From: Candidatus Gottesmanbacteria bacterium RBG_16_37_8
Lineage (GTDB): Bacteria; Patescibacteriota; Microgenomatia; 2-02-FULL-39-11
Assembly (NCBI GenBank): GCA_001779055.1
Contig: MFJA01000011.1
Span: forward strand, 23,102-66,480
Direction: 5' to 3'
Length of the DNA: 43,379 nt
This document shows, piece by piece, positions 26,905 to 34,192 of this stretch. Position 1 is the first letter of the stretch. Each line of letters begins with the position of its first letter. A program made the translations under genes and the position numbers. The notes under the pieces are model-generated. The model saw only the letters and a program-made list of their open reading frames with translations, did not search any database and was not told the DNA's origin.

Positions 26905-27705
26905 ATGGAAAATCAAATAAATATGGGTGATCAAAATACCCAGCAAATAGGACAAAACCCTATTGGTAAACCTGCACCGGTTCCAGAAAAACCAAAAGTA
27001 AACTATTGGATGGTCACAACCATAATATTTGGTTTTCTATTTTTCGTAATATCAGCAATGTTTTTATTTAGGGCGAGATTTAATGAAAAATCTACACCTA
27101 TTATTCCTGCGCCAAGCCCATCATTAATACCAGTTGAGACAGACGACATTCAGATAGGAGACGATGAAAGTTATGTCGACTTTTCGACATGTGATCAATG
27201 GGCACAAAATGTGATAAATAAAAAGAGTCTTCCTCAACAGTTAATTCACTCATGTAAGTCGAGCCAGAAAATTCTTGATTCAGAAATAGTTAACCTAGTT
27301 GATATTTTTTTTGGACCACCAGATGACTGTCCCTCTGGATGCATTTATAAACGCTTTATAGGAGTTGTGAAGTTAGATAAATCTATTATTGAACAACTTC
27401 CATCCGGTCCAGAAGGAATTCTGAACTCGGTTTGGGCGCAGCCTCCTTTGGATACTGCCAGAAATTATTCTGGCTTTGAATGTCCATCTCAACTTGAGGA
27501 TTATATTGATGTTACGCTCGGAAAACTAGAAACTAAATATGGCTGGAATCTGAACTTTCAAAATCCTCTTACTTGTAGTTGGGAAGAATTTGATAATGTG
27601 AAGCAGACTGTTAATAAAAGATCTTTTACTCTGAATGGAAGTATGTTTGTATATTTAGATAATGGTGAGGAACGTTGGAATCGTGATAGGTTAATTGTAA
27701 AGTAG
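26905..27705 (+). CDS. membrane-anchored extracytoplasmic protein of unknown function
   Basis: 266 aa. One TM segment (WMVTTIIFGFLFFVISAMFLF), then a Cys-containing ectodomain. I recognised no motif. Confidence 0.5.
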   Translation: MENQINMGDQNTQQIGQNPIGKPAPVPEKPKVNYWMVTTIIFGFLFFVISAMFLFRARFNEKSTPIIPAPSPSLIPVETDDIQIGDDESYVDFSTCDQWAQNVINKKSLPQQLIHSCKSSQKILDSEIVNLVDIFFGPPDDCPSGCIYKRFIGVVKLDKSIIEQLPSGPEGILNSVWAQPPLDTARNYSGFECPSQLEDYIDVTLGKLETKYGWNLNFQNPLTCSWEEFDNVKQTVNKRSFTLNGSMFVYLDNGEERWNRDRLIVK

Positions 27706-27757
27706 ATTAACGAATTTATACTTCAATCCGATCATAGAAATCGCGCGCGCGAAATAA

Positions 27758-27785
27758 AGTCCGAATTTTTTCGTAAAGAGTCCAC
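27758..27785 (+). repeat. left copy of a perfect 28-bp direct repeat
   Basis: AGTCCGAATTTTTTCGTAAAGAGTCCAC, identical to 28549..28576. Confidence 0.95.
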
Positions 27786-27888
27786 AGCGTAAGAAATTTT
27801 TTCTTGAAAATTTCAACGCTGTTGGAACGTTTAAATCGAGGATTTATTACGTTCCACAGTTTTGAAGAAAAAGAATCATCTGGAAGAG

Positions 27889-28287
27889 TTATTCCAGTTT
27901 TAATAATTTTTTCTTTTCCTCAAATATTATTCTGAATCTTTTAAAGAATTCTTGTCTCCCCAGAAGATTAAAAGAAACTAAATATTCATGAGAAAAGACT
28001 ACCGGGCATAAAAATTCTTTTCCAGCGATTTGAATTTTTAATCTATGAATATATCCTTTAATATGTCCGCCAACTCCGCCCAAATAAATCTCTATACCTT
28101 TTTCAATCTCAATTCCCAACTGTTTTGCGACCTCTTTTTTAAAAACAGAGACAGTTGCTCCAGAATCAATTAAAGCCGCTGAATCAATAGTCGTGTTATT
28201 ATGATAAAAACGTAAAGGAATAATTGGGAAAGATTGGTTTTTAGCGTCTTGGCGATAGGGAAATACTTTTAAAGCGATTTTATCCAT
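27889..28287 (-). CDS. retropepsin-like (clan AA) aspartic protease
   Basis: 132 aa. The active-site motif ALIDSGATVSVF (D-S-G-A) and the single-lobe size are typical of homodimeric retropepsin-like proteins. Confidence 0.7.
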   Translation of the reverse strand: MDKIALKVFPYRQDAKNQSFPIIPLRFYHNNTTIDSAALIDSGATVSVFKKEVAKQLGIEIEKGIEIYLGGVGGHIKGYIHRLKIQIAGKEFLCPVVFSHEYLVSFNLLGRQEFFKRFRIIFEEKKKLLKLE

Positions 28288-28502
28288 AAAACATAAGGAC
28301 CTTCATCTTTTCTGGGCACTAAAAAAGAAAAGGGGGCTTCGCCTACTGGGGGTACTTTCTGATTTGTTGTGTGTGTTACCAGAGAAGCAATATCTTCTAA
28401 GGTTTCACCCACAGCTATTATTTTATCTTTTACAGGATCGATAACAATCCATTTACCTGCAAATTGCTCGATATCTTTGGTAGAAATATCTACTTTCTTC
28501 AT
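28269..28502 (-). CDS. small DUF5678-like protein, upstream partner of the protease
   Basis: 77 aa. FAGKWIVIDPVKDKIIAVGETLEDI resembles the GKWVA(I/V)...(I/V)(I/V)A.G pattern of DUF5678. It overlaps the protease gene by 19 nt. Confidence 0.55.
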   Translation of the reverse strand: MKKVDISTKDIEQFAGKWIVIDPVKDKIIAVGETLEDIASLVTHTTNQKVPPVGEAPFSFLVPRKDEGPYVLWIKSL

Positions 28503-28508
28503 AGGTTT

Positions 28509-28517
28509 ATTATAGCA
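28509..28517 (-). promoter_or_regulatory. extended -10 of the DUF5678/protease cassette (leaderless)
   Basis: The minus strand reads TGCTATAAT(28517..28509)-6 nt-ATG(28502). It lies inside the repeat-bounded segment. Confidence 0.4.
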
Positions 28518-28548
28518 TCTTCAGAAAGATAGCTTATCTTTGAAAATT

Positions 28549-28576
28549 AGTCCGAATTTTTTCGTAAAGAGTCCAC
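28549..28576 (+). repeat. right copy of the perfect 28-bp direct repeat
   Basis: AGTCCGAATTTTTTCGTAAAGAGTCCAC. Its last base is the first base of the stop-codon complement of gene 28576..29394. Confidence 0.95.
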
Positions 28577-29394
28577 TATTTTTCCCATCTCACACAGATT
28601 AGACTCCCGATCGGTGCCCAGGAAGATAATGTCAGATTTCCTTCCTCATCCCGGCTGTAGAAAAATGAGGCGCTTCCGCCGTCAAGATTGACCAACTCTT
28701 CCAAAGGAAAGATATTACCCTCTTTAAGTTGCCAGAAGATAACCGGAAGATCGGCTAAATGGGGACCGGCATCCAGATTATCCTTTTTGGTAATACTGAT
28801 AAAATACAAATTTCCCTGGAAGTCCTTTCCCAGTAATGATCTTCGTGCTCTTTCGTCTCTTATCAATCTAAGCTGGTTTTTATTGGGAAAAATATATGGG
28901 CCGGTCTGAAAAATAAAATCGGTAAACTGAAAATTTACAGGTGGTGTCCTGATAAATCTTAAATCACCTGCTTTATCCTGCCAGACAAAAGAATTTGCAA
29001 TACTGCTTTTAACGATTTTTCCGTATTGCTTCTCCCCGCTAAAAAAAAGTCCTAATGGTTGTTCATTGCCTTGGTAAAATCCTCCGTTTATCCCTAAATC
29101 GCAGTTATTCTCCTTAACCAGTTTTTCACCGGTAAATTTTTCCGAAAAATTGGCAATCAGAGATATTTTTGATAGATTTGGAATTTTTACCCCGAAGACT
29201 AAATATTTCACCCGCCCGTATTCTGTTTCCGTTATCGTTCCGTTAGGAAGTCTTAAAGGAGTCGGAGTTGCTTCAACTTTAATTCCCGTCGACAGGATAT
29301 TGCTTTCCTTAAATTGCCTGATTGTTTTAACGGCAACCGACCCGATAAGAAGCAGAATAATTATCAAAATTATAGGAACAGTATATTTTTGCAC
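28576..29394 (-). CDS. phosphodiester glycosidase family protein (DUF2233/NAGPA-like), membrane anchored
   Basis: N-terminal TM segment. Motifs CDLGINGGFY and VNLDGGSASFF are typical of this family. Confidence 0.65.
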   Translation of the reverse strand: MQKYTVPIILIIILLLIGSVAVKTIRQFKESNILSTGIKVEATPTPLRLPNGTITETEYGRVKYLVFGVKIPNLSKISLIANFSEKFTGEKLVKENNCDLGINGGFYQGNEQPLGLFFSGEKQYGKIVKSSIANSFVWQDKAGDLRFIRTPPVNFQFTDFIFQTGPYIFPNKNQLRLIRDERARRSLLGKDFQGNLYFISITKKDNLDAGPHLADLPVIFWQLKEGNIFPLEELVNLDGGSASFFYSRDEEGNLTLSSWAPIGSLICVRWEK

Positions 29395-29404
29395 CGTCTA
29401 ATTA

Positions 29405-29410
29405 TACAAT
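29405..29410 (+). promoter_or_regulatory. -10-like TACAAT 6 nt upstream of the hps-like ATG
   Basis: TACAAT at 29405..29410 and ATG at 29417. This supports the ATG rather than the TTG at 29411 used by the ORF track. Confidence 0.3.
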
Positions 29411-29416
29411 TTGTTT

Positions 29417-30091
29417 ATGCTGGATAAAAAAACACGCTATCTCCAGGTAGCTCTCAATAATACTCTTGATGAAGCCAGGGAAATAATTAGTTTACTTCCT
29501 CAAAGTCCCCGAATCATCATAGAAGCCGGAACTCCTCTGATCAAAAGGTACGGACTTGAGGCAATCCGCCAATTAAATAGCTTTTGGTCATATCAATTAA
29601 GCTCTCATAATTTAGAACCCTATATTGTTGCCGATGTCAAAACCATGGATAGGGGACAAACAGAAGTTTTGCTGGCCAAAGACGCCGGTGCATCGGCAGT
29701 TGTGGCCTTAGGATCAGCTCCAATTGAGACTATTAATATCTTCATTAAAACCTGCCATGAGAATAATTTGGACAGTATGGTAGATATGATGAATATAGAT
29801 CAACCGGTAAAAACCTTAAGAAATTTAAGAAAATTGCCGGATGTAGTTATTCTTCATCGCGGAGTTGATGAAGAAATGTTTAATAAAGATAAACCGATAC
29901 CTTATATTCAAATCAATAAAATAAGGGCCAGCTACAATACTTTAATTGCCATGGCCGGTGGTGATACTATCAGGGAAGTTCAAAGGGCAATATTCAATGA
30001 CGCCAATATAGTTGTTGTTTGGAAGGAGTTTTATAAATCAACCGAAAATACAGCCAAACTGGCAGAAGAATTTTTACGGGCAATTAAGTAA
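29417..30091 (+). CDS. 3-hexulose-6-phosphate synthase-like enzyme (OMP-decarboxylase superfamily)
   Basis: Motifs LQVALNNTLDEAREI...IIEAGTPLIKRYGLEAIRQL...IVADVKTMDRGQTEVLLAKDAGASAVVALG parallel the HPS/KGPDC signature LQVALD...EVGTPLIK...ADLKTMD. Confidence 0.65.
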   Translation: MLDKKTRYLQVALNNTLDEAREIISLLPQSPRIIIEAGTPLIKRYGLEAIRQLNSFWSYQLSSHNLEPYIVADVKTMDRGQTEVLLAKDAGASAVVALGSAPIETINIFIKTCHENNLDSMVDMMNIDQPVKTLRNLRKLPDVVILHRGVDEEMFNKDKPIPYIQINKIRASYNTLIAMAGGDTIREVQRAIFNDANIVVVWKEFYKSTENTAKLAEEFLRAIK

Positions 30092-30133
30092 TTACTCTCC
30101 TATTAGCCGGATTGGCAGTTTTTGCTTCGATTA
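30086..30133. repeat. decayed duplicate of the 3' end and downstream flank of the SPFH gene (relic fragment)
   Basis: aagtaattactct is identical to 30864..30876. tattagccggattggcagtttttgcttcgatt matches 30941..30972 at 28 of 32 positions. Relative to the intact copy, about 60 nt are missing between two 'tatt' microhomologies. Confidence 0.8.
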
Positions 30134-30162
30134 TTGACAAACTATTAATACTATAGTATATT
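30134..30162 (+). promoter_or_regulatory. consensus-like promoter with a palindromic operator candidate, for the second vapBC
   Basis: TTGACA(30134..30139)-17 nt-TATATT(30157..30162)-9 nt-ATG(30172). The perfect 12-bp palindrome ATACTATAGTAT (30148..30159) spans the spacer and the -10. Confidence 0.5.
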
Positions 30163-30171
30163 TAGTATGAT

Positions 30172-30438
30172 ATGAAACGAGTAATAACTACTAATTTACG
30201 AATGCCGGAAAATATGTGGTTACAGGTAAAATCCGCTGCTGGTGAATTAGGAATCAGTCTAAATGAATATTTAAATACAATTATCTGGGAAGTTTCCGGA
30301 AAAAAACAGTTAGGAATTAAACCGGAGAAAAAAAGAACGAGTGAAAAGAAATTTTGGGAATTATATAAATTAATGGACGATATCGAGTATAAACCAATGG
30401 GACTTTCTAAAGAGGATGAAATTATTTATGGAATTTAA
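30172..30438 (+). CDS. ribbon-helix-helix-type antitoxin (VapB-like)
   Basis: 88 aa. VITTNLRMPENMWLQVKSAAGELGISLNEYLNTII has an RHH-like beta-alpha-alpha pattern. It overlaps the downstream PIN gene. Confidence 0.6.
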   Translation: MKRVITTNLRMPENMWLQVKSAAGELGISLNEYLNTIIWEVSGKKQLGIKPEKKRTSEKKFWELYKLMDDIEYKPMGLSKEDEIIYGI

Positions 30439-30847
30439 TATTAATGAAGCTATTTTTTTAGACACAGCTTATTTTAAAGCCCTTATTGATAAAAAAGATG
30501 AATTTCATAAACAGGCTGTCAAGAAATGGAAAAGCATTGCTCAAAAAGATGTAAAGTTAATTACTACAAATTTTGTTTTAGATGAAACCTTTACACTAGT
30601 AAAAGTTAAATGCGGACTTAATGCCGTAATTGAGTTCAGAAACAGACTGGCAGCCGGATTAAAAAGAATGAAAATAATCAGAACGCTTCTGATTGATGAA
30701 GAGAAAGCCTGGGATTGGTTTCTAAAAGACTGGAGCAACCTTTCTTTTACTGATTGTGTTTCTTTTGCCGTAATGGAAAGACTAGAATTAAAACGTGTCG
30801 CCACTTTTGACCGTCATTTTTCCAAAGCAGGATTTACTATTGTCTAA
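30416..30847 (+). CDS. vapC: PIN-domain toxin (VapC-like)
   Basis: Motifs IFLDTAYFKALID (PIN Asp), TNFVLDETFTL and SFTDCVSFAVMERL..VATFDRHF. The ATG at 30428, 11 nt after AGAGGA, is an equally good start. Confidence 0.8.
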   Translation: MKLFMEFNINEAIFLDTAYFKALIDKKDEFHKQAVKKWKSIAQKDVKLITTNFVLDETFTLVKVKCGLNAVIEFRNRLAAGLKRMKIIRTLLIDEEKAWDWFLKDWSNLSFTDCVSFAVMERLELKRVATFDRHFSKAGFTIV

Positions 30848-30863
30848 GAGTTAATCCAGAAAC

Positions 30864-30972
30864 AAGTAATTACTCTTCTTATTTTCCTCCTAATTTCTTC
30901 AGTCCCTCGATTATTTCAATTGGTATTGCAAAAACAACCGTATTGGCCGGATTGGCAGTTGTTGCTTCAATC
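30864..30972. repeat. intact copy of the duplicated segment (downstream flank plus last ~31 codons of the SPFH gene)
   Basis: See 30086..30133. It encodes ...LQTIEATTANPANTV... on the minus strand. Confidence 0.8.
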
Positions 30973-31619
30973 GTCTGCAGCGTCCTTAAAGAAATTGCTC
31001 CGGATGAAGCCATCTGCTGCATTGCTTTTTTAAGGTTTTCTGAAGCTGACAGTTCTCCCTGCGATCTTATGATGGTAGCCCTTCTTTCCCTTTCTGCTTC
31101 AGCTTGTTTGGCCATTGCCCTTTTCATATCAGCCGGCAGTTCTATATCCTGAATTTTGATTGCCGTCACATCAACACCCCATTCCGTTGTTTCAATATCA
31201 ACAATTTTTTTAATCTCCTCGGCAATTTTCTGCCTGTCAATTAAAAGTGAATCAAGTTCCACTCCGCCGATAACATCCCTCAATGCTGTCTGGGCATATT
31301 GGGTCACCGCATAAGTATAATCCTGTATTTTCAAGACGGCATCTTCAGGTTTTGACACCTGAAAATAGACAACGGCATTAATGCCAACAGGCACATTATC
31401 GCGTGTAATCACTTCCTGTTGGGGAATGTCCGATGTGGTAATACGAATATCGACTTTAATCAGTCTTTGAACAAAAGGAATCAGTACTTTCAATCCGGGA
31501 GATAGGGTATAAGAATAAGAACCAAGTGTTAAGACAATCCCTCTTTCATATTGGTCTATGATAACTAGAGTTTTCACGAACAAAATTACGGCAAAAATAA
31601 TCAGTATCCAGATAAACAT
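30879..31619 (-). CDS. SPFH/band-7 (stomatin/slipin-like) membrane protein
   Basis: N-terminal TM segment. Motifs IVLTLG...L.PGL..LIPFVQRLIKVDIR, ITRDNVPV.INAVVYFQV and a C-terminal coiled AKQAEAERERRA. Confidence 0.88.
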   Translation of the reverse strand: MFIWILIIFAVILFVKTLVIIDQYERGIVLTLGSYSYTLSPGLKVLIPFVQRLIKVDIRITTSDIPQQEVITRDNVPVGINAVVYFQVSKPEDAVLKIQDYTYAVTQYAQTALRDVIGGVELDSLLIDRQKIAEEIKKIVDIETTEWGVDVTAIKIQDIELPADMKRAMAKQAEAERERRATIIRSQGELSASENLKKAMQQMASSGAISLRTLQTIEATTANPANTVVFAIPIEIIEGLKKLGGK

Positions 31620-31660
31620 GATTTTATTGTATCACTAAAATTGACTAGTAATCTATAATT

Positions 31661-32104
31661 ATGCTACCATATAACATGGTTCCTCAAAAATCATCATCAT
31701 CCACTATTTGTTTCTGCGGCAGTTTTAAATTTTATCATCAAATGGAGAATGTTGCGGCCAAATTAAGAAGCGCCGGATTTAAAGTTATCGTTCCTCAACC
31801 TTCTCACATCAGGCATGGAGCTAATCCGCAAATGTTAAAGGATAAATACGATATGAGTACCTTAACCAAATGGGAAGGCCAAGGTGCCTTCTCACACCTG
31901 GAAAATATCAGGAGAAGTGACATTGTTTACATTTTTAACAAAAACTCTTATTTGGGTCCGGCGGTTACCGTTGAAATAGGATTTGCTCTTGCCTTAAAAA
32001 AGAAATTATTTTCCTATGCCAAAATTGCTGATATAACCGTCACTAATTTTATTGAAAAAGTATTGTCACCCTCTCAATTGCTAAAATACTTAAAAACGAT
32101 TTAA
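31661..32104 (+). CDS. nucleoside 2-deoxyribosyltransferase-like protein
   Basis: Rossmann-like pattern ICFCGSFKF....VAAKLRSAGFKVIVP ... SDIVYIFN ... VTVEIGFALALKKKLF. The Glu in the E.G.A motif sits where NDT/Rcl-type enzymes carry their catalytic Glu. The start is uncertain (M1 or M6). Confidence 0.4.
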   Translation: MLPYNMVPQKSSSSTICFCGSFKFYHQMENVAAKLRSAGFKVIVPQPSHIRHGANPQMLKDKYDMSTLTKWEGQGAFSHLENIRRSDIVYIFNKNSYLGPAVTVEIGFALALKKKLFSYAKIADITVTNFIEKVLSPSQLLKYLKTI

Positions 32105-32121
32105 ATATTAAAAGGAGATAT

Positions 32122-33114
32122 ATGAAAACAACAGATACGGATTTCGGTACTCTTACTGAACTTCATGTTCATATCGGCTCTTCTGTTGATCCGGCCATCA
32201 TGTGGGAAATTGCCCATGATCAGGGTATAAAACTGCCGACCAAAAATTATTGGGAATTCCTCAAGCTTATTACCGTTCCCGATAAAACTACCTATCAGAA
32301 ATATCTTGATCTTTTTACCTGGACTGAGTTAATCCAGTCATCTCCTGAAGCAATTGATAAAAGTGTCTATTCTATTGCCTCAGGGGCTTATAGGAGAAAC
32401 AACATAACTACTTTGGAAATAAGGTTTAATCCCATGAAAAGAAACCGCGGTGGTGAAAGGGATCTGGATCATATTTTAATGTCTGCCATCCACGGTATGG
32501 AAAGAGCCATGCTGGCTTATCCGGTCAGAGTGGGCTTAATCATCTGTTTTGACAGAAGTTTTTCTACTGAATTAAATGCTATCCTGGCTCAAAAAGCCAT
32601 CAAATACAGTAAAAGGGGAGTCGTCGGTATTGATCTGGCCGGCAGAATTGATAAATCCTTCGAAGTTGCCTCTCTGGTTGATATGGTTAATGACTGCCGT
32701 AAGTCTGGTCTTGGCATAACCATCCATACAGGTGAAGCAACCGATAGTTTGGAAGTTACCAGAGTTGTCGAACTTTTATCTCCGGATCGTATCGGTCACG
32801 GAGTAAAATCGGTAACGGATGATAAACTGCTAAAGCTTTTAAGTGACAGAAAAATCGTTCTGGAAATCTGTCCTACCAGCAATCTCCATACCGGAGTTGT
32901 AGACAGTTGGGATAAATTCAGGAGTATTTTTGAAAAATTTAAAAAATATCAGGTTCCTTTTACTATTAATACCGACGGTCCGGAAATGCTAATTACCAAT
33001 TTAAGGCGGGAGTATCAATTGTTACTGGATAATAAAGTTTTAACAAAGGAAGATTTAGACAAGGCAACAGAAATTGCCTTCAAGTCCAGTTTTATTAAAG
33101 ATGGATCAATCTGA
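32122..33114 (+). CDS. add: adenosine deaminase family metallo-hydrolase
   Basis: Motifs TELHVHIGSS (HxH), IHTGE, RIGHGV and TINTDGPEM. The usual TDDP is replaced by TDGP. Strong AAAGGAG RBS upstream. Confidence 0.75.
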   Translation: MKTTDTDFGTLTELHVHIGSSVDPAIMWEIAHDQGIKLPTKNYWEFLKLITVPDKTTYQKYLDLFTWTELIQSSPEAIDKSVYSIASGAYRRNNITTLEIRFNPMKRNRGGERDLDHILMSAIHGMERAMLAYPVRVGLIICFDRSFSTELNAILAQKAIKYSKRGVVGIDLAGRIDKSFEVASLVDMVNDCRKSGLGITIHTGEATDSLEVTRVVELLSPDRIGHGVKSVTDDKLLKLLSDRKIVLEICPTSNLHTGVVDSWDKFRSIFEKFKKYQVPFTINTDGPEMLITNLRREYQLLLDNKVLTKEDLDKATEIAFKSSFIKDGSI

Positions 33115-34192
33115 CTTATACCAGCAAAAAATTTCATCTCAACAAGGACTCACCTTCGATGATGTTCTTCTTTTGCCAAATTATACCGAGATTAAGAGGG
33201 AGACAATTGATGTTTCCACCTGCCTGACAAAAAAAATAAAACTTCAAATTCCTCTTCTGTCAGCTCCAATGGATACCGTCACCGAAGACGAACTGGCTAT
33301 ATCACTTGGCAAATTGGGCGGTCTTGGGATTATCCACCGTAATTTGACCATCGTCAAACAGGTCAATGTAGTTGCCAAAGTTAAAAAAGAAATTGATTTG
33401 GTGGGAGCATCTGTTGGTATTGGCAGGGATTTACAGGAAAGGGTTATTGCGTTAGATAAGGCAGGTTGTAACGTCTTGGTTATTGACAGCGCCCACGGTT
33501 TTTCCAAATGGGTGATTGAGGCCACCCGTTATATCTCCGGCAAATTTCCTCATATTGAATTGATATCGGGAAGTGTAGCCACAGCGGGAGGTGCCAAAGC
33601 TTTAATTGAGGCTGGAGCAAAAGCTCTGCGGGTTGGCATGGGCCCCGGTTCAATTTGCACTACCAGATTAGTTGCCGGAATGGGTGTTCCCCAGATAACT
33701 GCTGTTTTGGAAACAGTCAAAATTGCCAGGAAATTTAATATCCCGGTTATTTCAGACGGCGGTTTGCGTTTCTCCGGCGATATCGTTAAAGCATTATCCT
33801 GCGGAGCCTCATCTGTTATGACCGGATCACTTCTGGCGGGAAGTAAGGAATCTCCCGGGAAAATAGTTACTCTTAAAGGTAAAAAGTATAAAAGTTACCG
33901 CGGTATGGGTTCGATAGCTGCTATGAGACAAGGCAGTGCTCAAAGATACGGTCAGGAGTATAGGAGAGGTCAGGAAAAAAAGCTGATCCCAGAAGGTGTT
34001 GAAGGTCTGGTTGCTTTTAAAGGTACCATCAAAGATATAGTTAATCAGTTAGTCGGCGGTTTAAAAACCGGCATGTACTACGCCGGTGTTAAAAATATAC
34101 GGGAACTTCAGGAGAATACACGTCTTATTAGGCTTACACAAGCGTCTTTAATCGAAAGCCACCCCCACAACATTATTGTAAAAGAATCATGA
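33101..34192 (+). CDS. guaB: IMP dehydrogenase lacking the CBS/Bateman subdomain
   Basis: Motifs LTFDDVLLLP, GIIHRN followed after only about 20 aa by VGASVG, GMGPGSICTTR (catalytic Cys), YRGMGS and EGVEG. The ATG at 33101 is preferred over the TTG at 33074. Confidence 0.85.
   Translation: MDQSDLYQQKISSQQGLTFDDVLLLPNYTEIKRETIDVSTCLTKKIKLQIPLLSAPMDTVTEDELAISLGKLGGLGIIHRNLTIVKQVNVVAKVKKEIDLVGASVGIGRDLQERVIALDKAGCNVLVIDSAHGFSKWVIEATRYISGKFPHIELISGSVATAGGAKALIEAGAKALRVGMGPGSICTTRLVAGMGVPQITAVLETVKIARKFNIPVISDGGLRFSGDIVKALSCGASSVMTGSLLAGSKESPGKIVTLKGKKYKSYRGMGSIAAMRQGSAQRYGQEYRRGQEKKLIPEGVEGLVAFKGTIKDIVNQLVGGLKTGMYYAGVKNIRELQENTRLIRLTQASLIESHPHNIIVKES

Noticed and set aside
27741-27752. The TCGCGCGCGCGA palindrome/alternating CG tract in an AT-rich spacer.
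   Set aside because: It is striking by composition but a single 12-nt occurrence with no partner site, so I cannot assign a function.
27758-28576. The 28-bp repeats as a CRISPR array.
   Set aside because: There are only two copies, 791 bp apart, and the intervening sequence encodes two genes. No cas genes are present in the window.
26244-30847. A classical tRNA-integrated genomic island.
   Set aside because: There is no integrase in the interval, and I could not find a direct repeat of the tRNA 3' end downstream. The units appear to have arrived individually.
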